Assembly (NCBI GenBank): GCA_963735035.1
Contig: CAVTJJ010000004.1
Coordinates: 384,001-448,000, forward strand
Direction of reading: 5' to 3'
DNA from: an uncultured candidate division Zixibacteria bacterium
Lineage (GTDB): Bacteria; Zixibacteria; MSB-5A5; GN15; FEB-12
DNA: 64,000 nucleotides
The notes beneath the pieces are model-generated. The model worked only from the letters and a program-made list of their open reading frames with translations. It was not told where the DNA came from and ran no database searches. Below, piece by piece: positions 1 through 9,102 of this stretch (position 1 is its first letter; every line of letters begins with the position of its first letter). Made by a program: the position numbers and the translations under genes.

Positions 1-1026
1 GAATCCCAGGATTGCCAGATAAGGGATCGTCTGAAGCAGCAGGTGATGCGCCTCCGACATAGGAAAGGTCAGCGGAATAATCGTTATGATCGCTGCCAGA
101 ACGACAAAGCGGTGATAGAAGCTCGGACGTGATGACCAGACCGGAGCGTACTTGAGAATCGGTAAGCAGAGAAGGCAAGTCACGATCCCGGCCACCGCCA
201 GCTTTACCGGAGGATACCATGAGATACTGAACGCGTAGCTGAAAGTTGACAGCAATGAATACGATTTGAACCCGTATTTGGCATCAGCACCGGCCAGATT
301 CGGTACGACCTGATCAAGAAAGTAGCCGTAGTAATCCAGGCTATGGGGGTTTATCAGATATGGCACAGCCAAATTCAGCGTGACAAGGAAGAGCAGGAAA
401 TACGGCACTACCCGATATTGCCTCGAGACGAATACGTACAAAAGACAGAGCCCCGGAGCTATCTTAATCGAGGTGGCCATAGCCAGAAACAGTGCCGCCA
501 GTACTTGATAGTCCTTCTCAAGTAGGAAGAAGAACGCAGCGATGGCACCCAGTACATACAGGTTGACCTGCCCGTTGAGGAACTCGTCCTGAAGGAACGG
601 ATGCAGCATCAAAACCAGCAGGGCCGCGCCAACGACATTGTTCTTTAGTGCCGACCAGAGCGACGGCAGCCCCAGACTGTGTTTCCAGGTCGCCGCCAGC
701 GTCAGGAAGAAAGATATCATCGATCCCAGCGACCAGAGACCAATTGACATACCCTTCCAGAATGACCCTGTCTGTAGAAGCGTGAACGGGTAGACGATCA
801 AGAGCAGGAATTGAGGGTACAAATAGCGTCGGGTTACTTCCTGATAAGGGTTTTCCCCGTTGAAAAACCAGGCCGAAGCGCGAACGTAGGATGTGAAATC
901 GATCTCGGCGAACTTGAAGAAATTCCTGATCGACTGATAGAAAAAGATTCCCAGTGATACGGCTGCCACAATAGATACCAGCGCCGTGAGCACTTTTGTG
1001 AGCCTGGCGCCCGCGCTCTGAGTCAT
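1..1026 (-). CDS. GT87/DUF2029-like membrane glycosyltransferase (runs off left edge)
   Basis: Not in the ORF track. Manual translation from ATG 1026: MTQSAGARLTKVL...IDFTSYVRASAWFFNGENPY...YLYP...LQDEFLNGQVNL; the same frame is hydrophobic at position 1. DF.Y/NPY/YP and GQ.N motifs are typical of GT87. Confidence 0.75.
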   Translation of the reverse strand, partial: MTQSAGARLTKVLTALVSIVAAVSLGIFFYQSIRNFFKFAEIDFTSYVRASAWFFNGENPYQEVTRRYLYPQFLLLIVYPFTLLQTGSFWKGMSIGLWSLGSMISFFLTLAATWKHSLGLPSLWSALKNNVVGAALLVLMLHPFLQDEFLNGQVNLYVLGAIAAFFFLLEKDYQVLAALFLAMATSIKIAPGLCLLYVFVSRQYRVVPYFLLFLVTLNLAVPYLINPHSLDYYGYFLDQVVPNLAGADAKYGFKSYSLLSTFSYAFSISWYPPVKLAVAGIVTCLLCLPILKYAPVWSSRPSFYHRFVVLAAIITIIPLTFPMSEAHHLLLQTIPYLAILGF

Positions 1027-1031
1027 TTATT

Positions 1032-1060
1032 AAGGTAGAATAGGGCGGATGGAGTGTCAA
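1032..1060 (-). promoter_or_regulatory. sigma70-type promoter, probably leaderless transcript
   Basis: TTGACA-17-TACCTT, then 5 nt, then ATG 1026. Confidence 0.7.
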
Positions 1061-1237
1061 GCCACGGATGGCTCGTCGAACGTCGATCAGGGACTAAAGT
1101 GCTCGCTCATACATCCGATAAGCATACTATAGGGAGTATTTTAGCCTATGACGTGAAGTGGTGGGTTCTCCGGTAAGAACTGCCAGATCGTTTTTCCGGG
1201 CGAACTCCAACTGGTGATTGGGTGAAGGGAAACCCGG

Positions 1238-2113
1238 TTGGAAACAAAAGATTTACACAGGACCAAAGCGCTTGCGCAGTTGGGAGTCAGAAGCACCAGG
1301 GCCAACCCGGTTCGACTACCTTCCAAGAGCATCGTCAAGAAGGAAGATTACATTGCCAGCGTTTTGTGCGTGGACGATGAACCTTCGGCACGGGAGTTTG
1401 AGTCTGAGATACTCCGCTCCAACGGGTATCTGGTCCGGACCGCCGGATCGGTAGACGAAGCTATCGCGGTGATGGAATCCTCCGGTTCCATCGACATTGC
1501 CCTGCTTGATCTCCGCATGCCCGGTCGTGACGGATTCGATCTCCTTGATTTCATCGATAAGAATCTCAGATTCAAGCACATTGCCGCTATCGTGGTATCC
1601 AGTTGTGGGCAGGTTGGATTTGTCAGAAAAGCCGTAGAGCATGGCGCTTGCGGATTCCTGATCAAGCCGATCACGAAAGATCTGCTCCTCCAACGAGTGA
1701 CCGAAGTGCTTGATACCAGAAGATCGGCGGTATTGATCATTTCCTCGGACGAAGTAGCCAGCAGGATTCTGGAGCAGGTTCTGGCTCGTGACAAGTGCAC
1801 GGTATTTCAGGCGCCGACCGCCCGGGACGCCCTGCAAATGCTGGCCAAGAAACGGGTGGATGTCATTATTTGCGATCTGGGATTGGCTGACAGCACCGGC
1901 CCGGAATGTCTGCTCGGCATCAGAGAAATCGACTGTTTTGCCCCCGTGTTCTTCCTGGACGATCCTGAATCGAGAGTCGCCGAACAGGATGTAGTTGCGG
2001 TGGGCGCCCAGGGTCTCATAAGACGCCCCTTCAGCGGGCCGGATATCACCAATCAGGTACGAGGAGCTCTTCAAACGCATCGCTCGAAACGGGCCGATCT
2101 TCCGTCCACATAA
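1238..2113 (+). CDS. Response regulator with two receiver domains and no output domain
   Basis: VLCVDDE...LLDLRMPGRDG...KP and a second ICDLGL...RP receiver; start uncertain. Confidence 0.8.
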   Translation: METKDLHRTKALAQLGVRSTRANPVRLPSKSIVKKEDYIASVLCVDDEPSAREFESEILRSNGYLVRTAGSVDEAIAVMESSGSIDIALLDLRMPGRDGFDLLDFIDKNLRFKHIAAIVVSSCGQVGFVRKAVEHGACGFLIKPITKDLLLQRVTEVLDTRRSAVLIISSDEVASRILEQVLARDKCTVFQAPTARDALQMLAKKRVDVIICDLGLADSTGPECLLGIREIDCFAPVFFLDDPESRVAEQDVVAVGAQGLIRRPFSGPDITNQVRGALQTHRSKRADLPST

Positions 2114-2260
2114 GCGATTCCGGTCTACAGCATCCCCTTGCAGAATAAGTCAGGGCACTTGGGGGAATCGCGGTTTCGGCCGTGGGACCGAGAGGAACTT
2201 CGGCCGGGCAGAGTCAATTTGCGGGGCAACTTATTGTCCGACAATATCCTAAGAAATTTC

Positions 2261-2288
2261 TTGCGCTCCGGATCGATTTTGGTATATT
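2261..2288 (+). promoter_or_regulatory. Putative rpmA promoter
   Basis: TTGCGC-16-TATATT. Confidence 0.5.
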
Positions 2289-2373
2289 AGTCGGCCCTGC
2301 CGGAAAATCTGGCTGGTGCGGCGTACGCGCCGTTTGATTACGAAAGATGTTACAGAAACGATAGAGGCTTATC

Positions 2374-2628
2374 ATGGCTCACAAAAAAGGTGTCGGTTCA
2401 TCGCGCAACGGTCGTGACTCCAACGGTCAACGACGCGGCACCAAACTGTACGGCGGCCAGACCGTCAGCGCCGGATCGATTATCGTCCGCCAGTGTGGCA
2501 CTCCCATTCGTGCGGGACAAAACGTCGGCATGGGCAGCGACTGCACCCTGTTCGCCAAGATCGACGGCGTCATCAAGTTCGAACGCGTCGGCAAGAAGGG
2601 CAAGCAGGTCTCGGTCTATACCGCTTAG
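2374..2628 (+). CDS. rpmA: 50S ribosomal protein L27
   Basis: [16 protein letters not shown]...[10 protein letters not shown]. Confidence 0.98.
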   Translation: MAHKKGVGSSRNGRDSNGQRRGTKLYGGQTVSAGSIIVRQCGTPIRAGQNVGMGSDCTLFAKIDGVIKFERVGKKGKQVSVYTA

Positions 2629-2650
2629 CCGCCGAATGCGTCCCAAATCA

Positions 2651-2690
2651 AAAGGCACTGCTGACTCGTTCAGCAGTGCCTTTCTTCATA
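2651..2690. terminator. Intrinsic terminator between convergent genes
   Basis: AAAGGCACTGCTGA-loop-TCAGCAGTGCCTTT hairpin. Confidence 0.8.
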
Positions 2691-2706
2691 TTCCAGGACA
2701 CAAGTC

Positions 2707-3093
2707 TTAATCCGGCGCTTTGGCCTCGGCGAAAGCGAGCACATGACCATCCGGATCAAGGCTGTAGGCGACCACATCTCCCCACGATCTCTTTGACAGA
2801 CTGCTTAGCTCAGTAGCCCCGGCTCTAAGCGCCCGCCGATGATACGCCTCGGCGTCAGGCACCATGAGATATACTTCAGAACGAGGAATGCCTGCCGCCT
2901 TCTCCGGATCAGGCAAGCCGGGCAGAAGTCGTTTGATCCCCTGCACCGGCATCAATCCCAGGAAAGAACCATCTGATAGACCGAACTCAGTCATGCCGGG
3001 GACATGCAGCACCGGTTCTTGGCCGAGCACGGTCGTGTAGAAACGGGTGCTCGCCTCCTGATCATTTACATAGAGAATGAAAAATGCTCTCAT
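2707..3093 (-). CDS. VOC/glyoxalase family protein
   Basis: ILYVNDQEASTRFY...WGDVVAYSLDPDGHVL. Confidence 0.9.
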   Translation of the reverse strand: MRAFFILYVNDQEASTRFYTTVLGQEPVLHVPGMTEFGLSDGSFLGLMPVQGIKRLLPGLPDPEKAAGIPRSEVYLMVPDAEAYHRRALRAGATELSSLSKRSWGDVVAYSLDPDGHVLAFAEAKAPD

Positions 3094-3153
3094 GCAGAAG
3101 CTGCACCTTTCATCATTGAAGGCCGCTATTCGCCGAACGCTGCGTTAGTCGGC

Positions 3154-5091
3154 TCAGGGACGGTAGTGAAGAATGTGATTGTAGTCACCCACGACAAAGA
3201 AGTTGGCCGCGCTGAATCCATAGACTCCGCGCAGATTGATACCGATACTGCTATCCAGCGCTGTAACTACTCCGGTGTGCAGACTATATTGATAGGTCGA
3301 TCCCTTTTCGCCGCAGATGGTCAATGTGCCGGCGTCGTCGGTCCAGATCGACGTCAGTGGCGTCCCGCCAAAATCAGTTGAAACCGTACTCCACACGCCG
3401 CCGCTCAGGCGCAGAAGCCGTCCACCGCCCGTGACTGCCCAAAAATCGCCCGAACTGGTTCCGGTAACGCTGGTTATGTCCTCGGTTGTGCCCCTCGCTG
3501 GACTATGCCAGGTGCCGTCGTACCAATACGCTTCGCCCGCATTGCCGACCACACATGCGAGCGTGTCAGCAGAGGTCTTCAATACATAGACATCGTTCAG
3601 AGTCTCACTCGTCAGGCTGGCTTCGGTACTCCAGGCACTGCCGTCCCACTTGAGCATCGTCCCCGCCGCACCGACCGCCCAGGCGACATTGCGCGACAAG
3701 ACCGACACCGCCTTCAGATCGGCCGACACGCCGGATGATACATCGATCCAATTGGCAAGGTTGGCGTCGTCACGTATAACCATCGCGCCGCCATCGCCGA
3801 CCATAAATAGTGCCGTATCAAGAAAACCGCCGACGCCGCGGAAATTCGTCGTAGTGGTCGCGCCGTTGACCGTCATCGATGCCAGGACATCGCCGCCGTT
3901 CGACCGCATGATCCGACCGCCCGAGCCTACTAGGATTGCTTCTTTGTATGAGGATTCGGTTCCGGCCCAAACATCGACGAAATCAGGTTCGTTTCTTACC
4001 CGTACGGGTGTCCATTCGTTACCGTCGTAGTGAACTACTATGTCGCCGGCGGCGTAAATGTCTGTGGGTGATGTTCCCCAGACACTCAGGAAACCGAAAT
4101 TCGTGAGATGTGGTTCGAGTTTCCAGACGGTACTGTCGTAATGAAGAATCTTTCCACCCCAACCTACCGCGTAGATGTTGTTTTCCGCCGTTCCCCAGAT
4201 GCTATAGAGAGCGTTGGATATCCCGGTTTCCATCCTGGTCATGGCTGAATCAGCAGGTTTGTTGGGATTGTATCGTATGATCGTGCCGTTGGTTCCGACC
4301 ATGTATACGGTGTCATTCGAAAGTCCCCAGATATCCCAAAGATCGTATTGGGTTTGGGATCGGACTACTTTCCACCAGGCCGTGTCAGGACTAACAGGAC
4401 GTCTATAGTGCAAGAACGCTCCGACCGAGCCGCACACGAAGATATTGCTGTCCGAGCTGCCCCAGACTCCGTTCAAATGAGCGGGCGTGTTGCCACCAAT
4501 AAGTAAATGCGTCCAGTCCATACCATCGTAATGAACGACCGTACCGTCAAACCCCACCGCATAGATGTTGCTATCGGCGCTGCCCCAGATGTCGTAGAGA
4601 CCCCAATCGATAGTCCCGATATTGGCATCGACGAAATTGATGCCGTTATACTGTTTGATGAACGGCTTGTCGGGCGCCTGTACCGTCACATTGGAATCGA
4701 CCAGGGAGTCAAAGTAGGTAGTGTCCCGGTCGATTATCTGACCTACGAAATAGAGGTTGTCGCCCCGTTCGCCCCAAACTGAATGAATCACCCGGTCAAA
4801 GGCCGGTCCGGAATTGAGCGAATCCCAGGTGGCCCCGTTCTTTCTGTAAACCAGACCTTCTTCACCCATAAGAAAGATTTCACCGGTCGGTGCGCCCCAG
4901 ACCTTTTCCCATGTGGTGGTCGTAGACAGGGCCCCGAGCTGGTGGAACTCCGAGGCGGCGGTAGGAGTGGAATTGGTCGGGGTGTCACTCCCGCAGGATA
5001 TTATCAGGAAGGACGCCAAAATGGCTACGATTGACAGGCTGACAACGGTGCGAAGGACAAATCTTGGCGACTTCACTTGGCTCTTTTCCAT
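3154..5091 (-). CDS. Lipoprotein with beta-propeller repeats (WD40/YVTN/BNR-like)
   Basis: Lipobox IISC; repeated L..VWG.S..NIYAVG..G.I.HYDG..W units. Confidence 0.8.
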   Translation of the reverse strand: MEKSQVKSPRFVLRTVVSLSIVAILASFLIISCGSDTPTNSTPTAASEFHQLGALSTTTTWEKVWGAPTGEIFLMGEEGLVYRKNGATWDSLNSGPAFDRVIHSVWGERGDNLYFVGQIIDRDTTYFDSLVDSNVTVQAPDKPFIKQYNGINFVDANIGTIDWGLYDIWGSADSNIYAVGFDGTVVHYDGMDWTHLLIGGNTPAHLNGVWGSSDSNIFVCGSVGAFLHYRRPVSPDTAWWKVVRSQTQYDLWDIWGLSNDTVYMVGTNGTIIRYNPNKPADSAMTRMETGISNALYSIWGTAENNIYAVGWGGKILHYDSTVWKLEPHLTNFGFLSVWGTSPTDIYAAGDIVVHYDGNEWTPVRVRNEPDFVDVWAGTESSYKEAILVGSGGRIMRSNGGDVLASMTVNGATTTTNFRGVGGFLDTALFMVGDGGAMVIRDDANLANWIDVSSGVSADLKAVSVLSRNVAWAVGAAGTMLKWDGSAWSTEASLTSETLNDVYVLKTSADTLACVVGNAGEAYWYDGTWHSPARGTTEDITSVTGTSSGDFWAVTGGGRLLRLSGGVWSTVSTDFGGTPLTSIWTDDAGTLTICGEKGSTYQYSLHTGVVTALDSSIGINLRGVYGFSAANFFVVGDYNHILHYRP

Positions 5092-5299
5092 TTGCGGGTG
5101 ACTGGCTCCAACTTCTGTTATACGTCCGGGCTTAACCCCGGTCCCATATTGGGCTGAATTATAGGCCGCCCAACCCGGCGGAACAAGGGAAAATCTGCCC
5201 CGGCCCGGTTCACCCTGGGGCGATACATTCCCTTGTTGACCTCAGTGCTACGAACGACTAGTTTGCCCGTGGTGGCTAACCTCTCACCAGGAGACAAAT

Positions 5300-6598
5300 G
5301 TGAAGGCTGCAGGCGTAATCGCGATCCTCTTGATACTGGGACTCGTTGCTGAATCGTGGGCTCAGACTCCCGATACAACCCCTCCGGCCCCGATCAGCAA
5401 TATCGCTCCGAAAGCAGCCGACACGGCTTCATCGGGCGCGGTTTCTACCGCAGGAAGTACCGAAGAACCGGTTTATCCTCTCTCTCCGGAGCGTTATGAG
5501 CGGTTGGTGTCGTATTCCAAGTTCGTCAATGTCTGGCGGTTCGCTGAATTCTTCATCGGCCTGGCCATTCTCGCGGTGATCCTGTTTACCGGCCTGTCGG
5601 CCCGATTCCGCGACTGGACCGCGAAGATCCCCTCGAAATTCTTCGCCCTCTGGGCCTTCCTCTGCATCTTTCTTCTGGCCGACTATATCATGAACCTGCC
5701 GTTTTCGATCTATCGCAACTTCATTGTCGAAGACCACTACGGTTTCATGAACCAGACCTTCATGCAATGGTGGGGGGATGACCTGAAGGGGCTGCTTGTC
5801 GGCGCGGTGTTGATGATTATTCCGATCTGGCCTTTGTACTGGCTGTTGAACCGGCTCAAGAATTGGTGGCTCTGGTTCTCGCTCGGTGCGATTCCGTTTG
5901 CCGTACTCGCCGTGGTAATCGTGCCGGTGTTGATTTCGCCGCTCTTCAACGAGTTCGGACCGCTGAAAGACAAGAAACTCGAGTCCGAAATCATGACCAT
6001 GGCGCAGAAGGCCGGGATCGAAGGGGCCAACATCTTCGAAGTCAACGGCTCGAAACAGTCTGACAAAGTAAATGCCTACGTGACGGGTCTGTTCGGCACC
6101 AAGCGCATAGTGTTATACGACACGTTGATCAAGAACTTCACTATCCCCGAAATCAAATTCGTGATGGCCCACGAGATGGGGCATTACCTGAAACATCATA
6201 TCTGGTGGGGGTTGAGTGTGGCCATTGCGTTTATCATGGTGGCGCTCTGGCTGGCCAGCCGACTCCTGCCGATTACGATCACCCGTCTGAAAGACAGTCT
6301 TCGGTTCGAGCGCCTGGGTGATTATGCGTCGCTGCCGCTGATTGCCGCGTACCTTTCGATATTCAGCTTTCTGTTCCAGCCGATCACGAACGCTTCAAGC
6401 CGTCTGATGGAACGCCAGGCGGATGAATACGGCATGATTGCGAGCGGGGTGGACAGCGAGACGGCGGCGACCGCGTTTGACAAACTGTCAGCGTTGAATT
6501 TGTCTGATCCCGACCCGAGCGGGATTGTGGAATTTTGGTTCTACACGCATCCTTCGCTGAAGAAGCGGATCGAGTTCGCCCGGAGCTGGAAGCCGTAG
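5300..6598 (+). CDS. M48 family (Ste24/HtpX-like) membrane zinc protease
   Basis: NAYVTG, HEMGH, ERQAD and THP motifs; multiple TM segments. Confidence 0.93.
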   Translation: MKAAGVIAILLILGLVAESWAQTPDTTPPAPISNIAPKAADTASSGAVSTAGSTEEPVYPLSPERYERLVSYSKFVNVWRFAEFFIGLAILAVILFTGLSARFRDWTAKIPSKFFALWAFLCIFLLADYIMNLPFSIYRNFIVEDHYGFMNQTFMQWWGDDLKGLLVGAVLMIIPIWPLYWLLNRLKNWWLWFSLGAIPFAVLAVVIVPVLISPLFNEFGPLKDKKLESEIMTMAQKAGIEGANIFEVNGSKQSDKVNAYVTGLFGTKRIVLYDTLIKNFTIPEIKFVMAHEMGHYLKHHIWWGLSVAIAFIMVALWLASRLLPITITRLKDSLRFERLGDYASLPLIAAYLSIFSFLFQPITNASSRLMERQADEYGMIASGVDSETAATAFDKLSALNLSDPDPSGIVEFWFYTHPSLKKRIEFARSWKP

Positions 6599-6745
6599 GT
6601 CAGGCCGACTCGGGGCCTGACATCTTCTACCAGACGATAATGTAACGCGTCGAGTCCGCGTGACCTACAAAGACGTGATCTTGTCTTGCCCCGCTTCAGG
6701 CGGGGCGCCCATATAATTGATCGGCAGGGTTCCAACCCTGCCGAA
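6595..6745. repeat. REP-like palindrome cluster
   Basis: GTCTTGCCCCGCTTCAGGCGGGGC and ATCGGCAGGGTTCCAACCCTGCCG, both recurring at 10598-10657. Confidence 0.85.
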
Positions 6746-6785
6746 TCGCAGGTTGAAACTAGGCTGCTTCGGAAGCGGATTGTTC

Positions 6786-6814
6786 TTGACCGAACGTCAG
6801 TTTCGGAATAACTT
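6786..6814 (+). promoter_or_regulatory. Putative promoter of the 42-aa ORF
   Basis: TTGACC-17-TAACTT. Confidence 0.5.
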
Positions 6815-6838
6815 AGGGCAATATCAAAGGAGGGCCAT

Positions 6839-6967
6839 ATGGCCAAGACGGGAACACACAAGGTAACGCGCGACTCGAGAACGGGTCGGTTTGTGAAACC
6901 TGGTGAGGCGAAGAAGCGACCAGCTACAACTGTGACTGAGACAATGCCTAATCCTAAGAAGAAGTAG
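6839..6967 (+). CDS. 42-aa basic small protein (RD..TGRF motif)
   Basis: Strong RBS AAAGGAGG; MAKTGTHKVTRDSRTGRFVKPGEAKKRPATTVTETMPNPKKK; below the ORF-track length cutoff. Confidence 0.8.
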   Translation: MAKTGTHKVTRDSRTGRFVKPGEAKKRPATTVTETMPNPKKK

Positions 6968-7079
6968 TGAGATCGCTGTGCTGACGACAGATAGGGACAA
7001 CGGATTTCGCGAGGGGTTGCTCTGTTAATGGCGTGCGGACGACTGTGACCTGCACGGACTAGGCGGTGTTGTGGCCAAG

Positions 7080-7433
7080 ATGAATCGATCTGAAGGCGTT
7101 CCAAGAGTTCTTTGGATTTCTCAGATCATTGTAATCTTGATGCTGTTCTGGGCAATCAGGCCAGACAATTCGTACCAATACTACACCTTGCTTCGATGGG
7201 TATGCTTCGCTGTGCTTGGATATACGGCAATGCTGGCATACAGCCGCGGGATGAATGGCTTAGCATGGATACTTGTTATCACCGCACTTGTGTATAATCC
7301 CTTTGCCCCCGTGCATCTTACACGAATCATTTGGACTATCTTGAACATCGCAACTATTGCTGTGGCCATAGTGAGTACATGCTTGCTTCACCGGCCACGA
7401 AGCACAAAATCAGACGGAGGTATTGAGGCGTGA
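7080..7433 (+). CDS. Small membrane protein, DUF6804-like
   Basis: YYTLLRWV...YNPFAPVHLTR..W; four hydrophobic segments. Confidence 0.75.
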   Translation: MNRSEGVPRVLWISQIIVILMLFWAIRPDNSYQYYTLLRWVCFAVLGYTAMLAYSRGMNGLAWILVITALVYNPFAPVHLTRIIWTILNIATIAVAIVSTCLLHRPRSTKSDGGIEA

Positions 7434-8098
7434 GAGCAATTGGTGCTGTCCTCGAAGCAATTTCCATTCCATTGATGTTTCTGAATTTGCTCGGGGGTGT
7501 TGTATCAGGTGTCTGGCTTGCCATAATTGGAGAATGGGGTACGATTGGGTTGGGTATTGTCTTCTTCATAGGGTCCACTATGTTACTCGGAATTGCTTTG
7601 ATGCCATCGGTACTGCTAATGTTCCCTGCTGCACGATTTGCGGAAAAAGGCCAGATGGCCGGACTTATGTTCTTTGGTGCTCTCAGTAGTATCTATGTAT
7701 TGACACTGATTACGATCTGGTGTTGCGGAGTTCTGTATTTGTTCGTCAATAATGCGGATGCAGGGGATTTGATTCCGAAGCTGATCTGGTCGTATGGTAT
7801 AGCTACAGGCCCATGGGTCTACATGGCGTCTAAAGAGGAATGTTCGTCCGACGACGGTTTTGCCTCGTTCTTGCCTACGTTTCTCGCGGAGCTTGCCTAC
7901 CTTGTGATCATGTTGCTCATCATCTTTTCGTCCATGACCCTGCTCAGAGCCGTTCAGATCTTCGGGGCATTTATGCTCGTGTGTCTCCTGGTTCAGATGA
8001 CGATGTCGGTCATAATGCAGAGAGAGAGTGAGCAGATCAGAAACCCAGAGTACAGTATTGACGATATAGATCCGGAGCCGCCTCAGGAACCGGAGTAG
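7430..8098 (+). CDS. Hypothetical multi-pass membrane protein
   Basis: About six hydrophobic helices; GTGA overlap with the upstream gene. Confidence 0.75.
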   Translation: MRAIGAVLEAISIPLMFLNLLGGVVSGVWLAIIGEWGTIGLGIVFFIGSTMLLGIALMPSVLLMFPAARFAEKGQMAGLMFFGALSSIYVLTLITIWCCGVLYLFVNNADAGDLIPKLIWSYGIATGPWVYMASKEECSSDDGFASFLPTFLAELAYLVIMLLIIFSSMTLLRAVQIFGAFMLVCLLVQMTMSVIMQRESEQIRNPEYSIDDIDPEPPQEPE

Positions 8099-8137
8099 GC
8101 TGTCTGCAGCTCCGGGGAAGTGGCATCAATCCTCTCT

Positions 8138-8578
8138 CTAACGCTGTGGCTTCAAAATGCGCCCACGAAGAAGGTCGCCGATACTGTTGTTTAGCGTGTA
8201 CAAGAATGCCTCTGTAGAGATCGCGTTGTGTATATGCTTGTTGACTGTGACAAATCCAATCTCGCGGCCGCCAATGATCAGCTTCGGAGGGGTTATTGTG
8301 TAGACATTGTTGATGCTGTGTTGGCCGTATTTGCTACCATAGGGCGAATACGGATTGAAAATACTGGTCTGGCTATATCTACTTCCAAACGGGCCATACC
8401 GGTTGAGAATAGAATGGTTATCGTACCGGTTCGTAGTAATCTTCCCAAGATATTGACCGTCTTGTGCAATTAGGTACGATTCATCGGATTTGAGCCTCGC
8501 TGGACCACCCTGTTGCCTATACAGCCTGGCCAGTATCTCTTGCAGCAATATCTTAGTCTGGTCTCCGTGCGGCATCAC
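8138..8578 (-). CDS. Hypothetical protein with SI.N.YG.YGS.YS repeats
   Basis: DGQYLGK...SILNRYGPFGSRYSQTSIFNPYSPYGSKYGQHSINN; GTGA-coupled to the upstream gene. Confidence 0.75.
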   Translation of the reverse strand: MMPHGDQTKILLQEILARLYRQQGGPARLKSDESYLIAQDGQYLGKITTNRYDNHSILNRYGPFGSRYSQTSIFNPYSPYGSKYGQHSINNVYTITPPKLIIGGREIGFVTVNKHIHNAISTEAFLYTLNNSIGDLLRGRILKPQR

Positions 8579-8907
8579 TCATCGCTCCCATATAGGGTGG
8601 AGATCAGTTTCTGTATCTCTTCAGCCGCTTTCTTGCTTGGAAGCCTTTCGATCAGGGCAGGAACTGCGGCAAGAGCGATATTCTTCTGTCTAATCTTGAG
8701 AATTTCCTTTAGAGGCCAAATCAGCAGACCGGTGGTCCCAGCTGGCGGCAAAGTCCAGAAGTAATTCCGTTCTGTCAGGGCCACTATGATGCTGACAATA
8801 CCGCATAGGAACAGAATAATTGCCAATGCGACAAAACACCATTCGGTTCGCTTGTTATTCTTCAGGATCTGGTCGATCCTGTCGTGTACAGAGTCCCATT
8901 CACTCAT
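8575..8907 (-). CDS. Hypothetical 2-TM protein
   Basis: ATG 8907 after AAGGA; two hydrophobic segments followed by an amphipathic tail. Confidence 0.65.
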   Translation of the reverse strand: MSEWDSVHDRIDQILKNNKRTEWCFVALAIILFLCGIVSIIVALTERNYFWTLPPAGTTGLLIWPLKEILKIRQKNIALAAVPALIERLPSKKAAEEIQKLISTLYGSDE

Positions 8908-9102
8908 AAATGCGTTTTCCTTATGCGGCAAGGCCGATAGGCGGCACAAATATTGCCGATCCATATGATAGAGTCAATAGTCAAATTCCCCCCCCACTTG
9001 CCCTCGGGCCCAAATTACCTATATTGCCCTCAATTGAGAAAGCGATGTGAGTCCGGCAGACGAGTTCTTCTGCCCGGCACAAAAGAAAGTGCAGGAGCAT
9101 AT

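Noticed and set aside
518..1060. 180-aa ORF from the track
   Set aside because: Alternative frame over the GT87-like gene; its TTG start is the -35 hexamer.
6760..8960. Integron cassette array
   Set aside because: Genes are convergent and overlapping; no attC sites or integrase were recognised.
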